Below are positions 60,384 through 64,000 of a stretch of 64,000 bases of DNA, piece after piece. Below the pieces are notes generated by a model that was given only the letters and a program-made list of their open reading frames with translations, searched no databases and was not told where the DNA came from. Within the stretch, counting starts at the first letter, position 1; each line of letters begins with the position of its first letter. Source of the DNA: Candidatus Cloacimonadales bacterium (GTDB taxonomy: Bacteria; Cloacimonadota; Cloacimonadia; Cloacimonadales; JAFGVF01); contig OY782781.1 in the NCBI GenBank assembly GCA_963678315.1, positions 1,856,001 to 1,920,000 of the forward strand. Reading direction: 5' to 3'. Made by a program: the position numbers and the translations under genes.

Positions 60384-63068
60384 ATGAAAAGAATTTTGTT
60401 TTGGATAATTGTTTCAATTTTCATAGTTTCTTGTTCTAATCAGTCAATTAAGAAAGAGAATGTAATAAGTCATGATAGTTATTCATCAACAACAAGTGCT
60501 AGCTATTTTGTTGAACTTGACCAGTCAACAATTGATAGAATACAAAGATATAACTCTAACAATGCTGAAGCTTTAATTGAGTATGTTAACAGATTAGCAA
60601 TGGTAAAAAAAGACTATGCTAAGTTTGTATTAGAAAACTCTTCTGATAATGATTTAGCTGTCTTAACACCTGAATACCTTGATGAGCATTTAACTTATGC
60701 TCTTAAAGCGAAAGAACTTCCTTATGTTAAATCAATTCCAGAACAAGAATTTAGACATTTTGTATTACCTTTAAGAGTATCTCAAGAACCTTTTGAAAAT
60801 TGGAGAAAGAAATTCTTTGATGATTTGTATCCAAAGGTATCACAAGCAAAAACTATCAATGAAGCAATTATGATTGCTGATTTATATTATCTAGAAGGTG
60901 TTTATTTTAAACAAACATCAGGTAGAGATCAAGGACCACTTCTTTGCATTAAAAGAGGTTATGGACGTTGTGAAGAGATGATGATTTTGCAGATGTGCGT
61001 TGCTAGAGCAATAGGCATTCCATGTCGTCCTGCTTCAGCTAGCTATTGGTCTTTTACAGATAGTAATCATGTTTGGACTGAAGTATGGACACCTCAAGGT
61101 TGGAAGATAGTTCCGGAAGCTTATCCTCAAGAATACAGAACTTCTTCATGGGAAATTGATAGAGCAATGAAAGCTCCAATGATAACATCAACTGTTTTTG
61201 GGAAATATCCATCTTATGATGTGATAGAAGATAATGAAATATACACAGAAATAAATACAACTGAAAATTATAATAAAACTGTTCCAATAAAAGTTAGAGT
61301 TATGGATGAAAACAAATTACCTGTTGTAGATGCTAAAGTTTATTTTTATGCAACTACATTTGGAGGCTTGTTTGTCTTGTATTCAACTGAAACTGATAGT
61401 AAGGGTCAAGTAAATCTCAAAGTAGGAGAAACTTCAATGTACGTTACTGCTGGTAAAGATGGAGAGATTGCTAGTGGCTTAATTAGTACAGTTAAAGGTT
61501 TAAATGAACTATCTCTTACCCTTAAAAAGAACAATGACTTTAATGAAGATATGGTTTATTATTTTCCTCTATCCTCATCAAGTAACAGAAACTTTCAACT
61601 TGCTCCAGAAGATAAATTATTCAGAGAGCAGATGCATGATTTGGCTAACAAAAGAAGGGATCAAAGACTGCTATCTCAAAGAAAAACAATTGACTTTCTA
61701 AATAACTATCCATTAGAAAATACTGATGAAGAATCTTATGTTTCAGAAAGAACATCTTATTTAGAGAAGACAGATCTTCTTGCTGGAAATTCAGAAAATT
61801 GGAAAGAAGTTGATGAATGGATTAATGAGCAAGAAAACAAAGAAGATTTGCGTCAAACTATGGTTGATATTGTAAATATTTGGAACATTAAAGATTTAAT
61901 TGAACTTCCTGATGTGGAATCTATTAAAAACTTGATAGAATTATATACAAGCAATCGTAACCGATATAAGAGCAAAGTATCTCATGAAATGTTTAAAGAA
62001 AATGTGATTAGTCCAATCTTTGGAGCTAATCCTTTCCCAGAAACTGGCTATCAACTTGATTTGTATAAGAATATTGTCCAATTACAAGAAGAAGATATAG
62101 ATGCAACAGTTACTAATCTATATCAATGGGTGAAAAATAACACAATCATAGATACTATGGGAACATGGTCTTACTTTTCTGGAAGCTTAACCCCAACACA
62201 ACTAGTTAATAAAAAGTATCTGAGTGAAAGTCAAACTATATATCTTCTTACTTCAATGCTACAAAATGCTGGTATTCCAGCAAGATGGCAGGGCTTCCTT
62301 GAGTATTATAATGGTGACGAATGGAAGGAACTAAAGCTTGATTTTATTCAAGATGAAGAATCAGAGGAAAAAAGCAGAAGCTTAGTTGAATTTGAGTTGA
62401 AAATGTTAGTTGATGGGGAAGAGGTTCAACCTTCTCCATGGAGTAACTTCTTGCTAGCTTCTCACAAAGGAGATGGACTTGTAACAAATTGCTGGTTTGA
62501 CTTCTATGAAAAGGAAGGAAAATACTTTGTTAAGTATTACCAAGAAGAAGATCAAGATAACTATTTTGAAAGCTATATTAGAAATCAAAATGGGGATGCC
62601 CATGTACAAGTCAGTAAGCTTGATGCTAATTCAAAAGAAATGACAATTTCACTGAATACTCCAAAAACATCTATTGAGAATAACATTCAATGGAAACGAA
62701 AAACTATCCATAACATAACTTCTTTCTTAGAGAATGAAAAACTAAATGAAGGACTTACTCTTCTATTTGTAAGAAATAAGAATGACAATGAACCTCAAGA
62801 GAGGATGTTAGAACAGCTTCAAGATAAGAGTAAAGAGTTTGCAGATAAAAATGTTAAGCTCATTGTTTACACTCAAGAAAGAAGTGATAGAGATATTAAC
62901 AAAAATAATGAAGGCATAAAGTATTTTACAGGTAAGCAAATAATTACAGAATCATTAGAACTTGAAGATTATCCCCTTATATTCATCTTTAAGAATGATG
63001 TGCTTATCTCATCTGCAAATGGGTATGATATGGGGTTGATAAACTATCTCCTAAGAACAGTTGATTAA
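60384..63068 (+). CDS. Transglutaminase-like domain lipoprotein
   Basis: Lipobox IVSC, FVLPLRVSQEP, GYGRCEE...RAIGIPCR, NHVWTEVW. A second degenerate AGIPARW domain follows. Confidence 0.8.
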   Translation: MKRILFWIIVSIFIVSCSNQSIKKENVISHDSYSSTTSASYFVELDQSTIDRIQRYNSNNAEALIEYVNRLAMVKKDYAKFVLENSSDNDLAVLTPEYLDEHLTYALKAKELPYVKSIPEQEFRHFVLPLRVSQEPFENWRKKFFDDLYPKVSQAKTINEAIMIADLYYLEGVYFKQTSGRDQGPLLCIKRGYGRCEEMMILQMCVARAIGIPCRPASASYWSFTDSNHVWTEVWTPQGWKIVPEAYPQEYRTSSWEIDRAMKAPMITSTVFGKYPSYDVIEDNEIYTEINTTENYNKTVPIKVRVMDENKLPVVDAKVYFYATTFGGLFVLYSTETDSKGQVNLKVGETSMYVTAGKDGEIASGLISTVKGLNELSLTLKKNNDFNEDMVYYFPLSSSSNRNFQLAPEDKLFREQMHDLANKRRDQRLLSQRKTIDFLNNYPLENTDEESYVSERTSYLEKTDLLAGNSENWKEVDEWINEQENKEDLRQTMVDIVNIWNIKDLIELPDVESIKNLIELYTSNRNRYKSKVSHEMFKENVISPIFGANPFPETGYQLDLYKNIVQLQEEDIDATVTNLYQWVKNNTIIDTMGTWSYFSGSLTPTQLVNKKYLSESQTIYLLTSMLQNAGIPARWQGFLEYYNGDEWKELKLDFIQDEESEEKSRSLVEFELKMLVDGEEVQPSPWSNFLLASHKGDGLVTNCWFDFYEKEGKYFVKYYQEEDQDNYFESYIRNQNGDAHVQVSKLDANSKEMTISLNTPKTSIENNIQWKRKTIHNITSFLENEKLNEGLTLLFVRNKNDNEPQERMLEQLQDKSKEFADKNVKLIVYTQERSDRDINKNNEGIKYFTGKQIITESLELEDYPLIFIFKNDVLISSANGYDMGLINYLLRTVD

Positions 63069-63094
63069 GATTAACTGTTTTCTCACTAAGTCAC

Positions 63095-63117
63095 GGGGCT
63101 GGAAACAGCCCTTTTTC
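63095..63117 (+). terminator. Terminator between convergent genes
   Basis: GGGCTG-GAAA-CAGCCC-TTTTT. Confidence 0.8.
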
Positions 63118-63129
63118 TATTACGAAAAA

Positions 63130-63999
63130 CTAAGATTTTAGAGCAATCAAGAATTGTTTAGGCTCAAGAGTAGCCTTATCGGTATCTGTCATAATTAATC
63201 TATCTGTGGACTCAATTAAGTTAGCAATTTTAACACTTTGATTGCTATTGTTAATGAGAACTAGGAGTGACTTCTTTGCATCGAGTGAACTGCAAGTATA
63301 GCTCAATATATAAGGAATATCGTAGAACTTTATAATACCTTGGAAGCAATCAAAGAACTTCTTTCTTATTGAAACTAAACTTTTGTAGAAGTCATGTAAT
63401 TCAAGTGACTTAGAATTATTGGAAAATTCCCAATCAAAAGGTCTTCTATTATCTGGGTCATTCTCACCATCTAAAAAGATTTCATCACCGTAATAAATAT
63501 GAGGAATTCCTTTAAAAGTAAACTGAAAAACTAGAGCAAGTTTGATTTTGGATAAATCACTATTGCAAATATGCCTCAATCTTTTTGTATCATGAGTACC
63601 TAAAATATTCATTTGAAGATTATTTACTCTTTCACAGTTTGATATTAATGAAGTTGAAATACTATTAAGGAATTCAGATCTAGTGATACTGTTATGAATG
63701 AAATAGTCGATAACAGGGTTTCTAAAGTAATGATAATTCATGACAGCATCTACATAATTATCTTTTAGCCAAATGCTAGACTTAGACCAAATCTCTCCTA
63801 CAATATATAAATCAGGATTAATTGCTTTAAGATGGTCATAGAATAACCTCCAGAACCAGAAAGGAACTTCTTCAGGAACATCTAGTCTAAAACCATCAAT
63901 ATTATACTTATTTACCCACATTTCCATTGATGTAAGCAGATAATCTGTTAGGGGATAGTTGACTTTAGCATCTGAAATATTCTCTATATAATTCTCATC
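63130..63999 (-). CDS. GH13 alpha-amylase family (neopullulanase/cyclomaltodextrinase-like), C-terminal part; 5' end outside window
   Basis: IDGFRLDVP, VGEIW, LGTHDT, IYYGDE, DPDNRR. Frame is open to the window end. Confidence 0.9.
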   Translation of the reverse strand, partial: DENYIENISDAKVNYPLTDYLLTSMEMWVNKYNIDGFRLDVPEEVPFWFWRLFYDHLKAINPDLYIVGEIWSKSSIWLKDNYVDAVMNYHYFRNPVIDYFIHNSITRSEFLNSISTSLISNCERVNNLQMNILGTHDTKRLRHICNSDLSKIKLALVFQFTFKGIPHIYYGDEIFLDGENDPDNRRPFDWEFSNNSKSLELHDFYKSLVSIRKKFFDCFQGIIKFYDIPYILSYTCSSLDAKKSLLVLINNSNQSVKIANLIESTDRLIMTDTDKATLEPKQFLIALKS

Positions 64000-64000
64000 A

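Noticed and set aside
1160..61701. Numerous short antisense or alternate-frame ORFs in the track (e.g. 31581-32000, 50001-50405, 53413-53910)
   Set aside because: They are shadows of well-supported genes, with no motifs or RBS.

Overview
Low-GC bacterial chromosome segment, probably from an anaerobic diderm. Candidatus Cloacimonadota is my inference from the gene repertoire (GLUG/FlgD-Ig T9SS-like surface proteins, many outer-membrane barrels, trmFO, rex, bifurcating [FeFe]-hydrogenase), not a database result. Housekeeping genes include hrcA(partial)-grpE-dnaK-dnaJ-rsmE, rex, aspS-purN-mtaB-mlaF-like, trmFO, satP, an M3 peptidase, typA, purA, ftsB, a sugar ABC ATPase, pepT, SRAP and atoDA. 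There are also a hydCBA operon, two large secreted modular proteins and about seven predicted beta-barrels. No rRNA, tRNA, CRISPR array or transposase was seen. The most unusual signal is non-coding: five intergenic gaps (about 17.8-18.2, 27.1-27.9, 34.8, 55.4 and 58.2-58.8 kb) are built from at least seven distinct GC-rich palindromic modules. Two loci are inverted copies of one ~550-600 bp composite that also shares non-palindromic linkers, with modules inserted or flipped between copies and compensatory stem changes. This looks like a multi-family REP/BIME-like mosaic element with no cognate nuclease in the window. The second highlight is an hfs/HydS-type signalling cassette ahead of hydCBA whose sensor lacks the hydrogenase domain (PAS plus tail only), preceded by a Rex-box-like palindrome.
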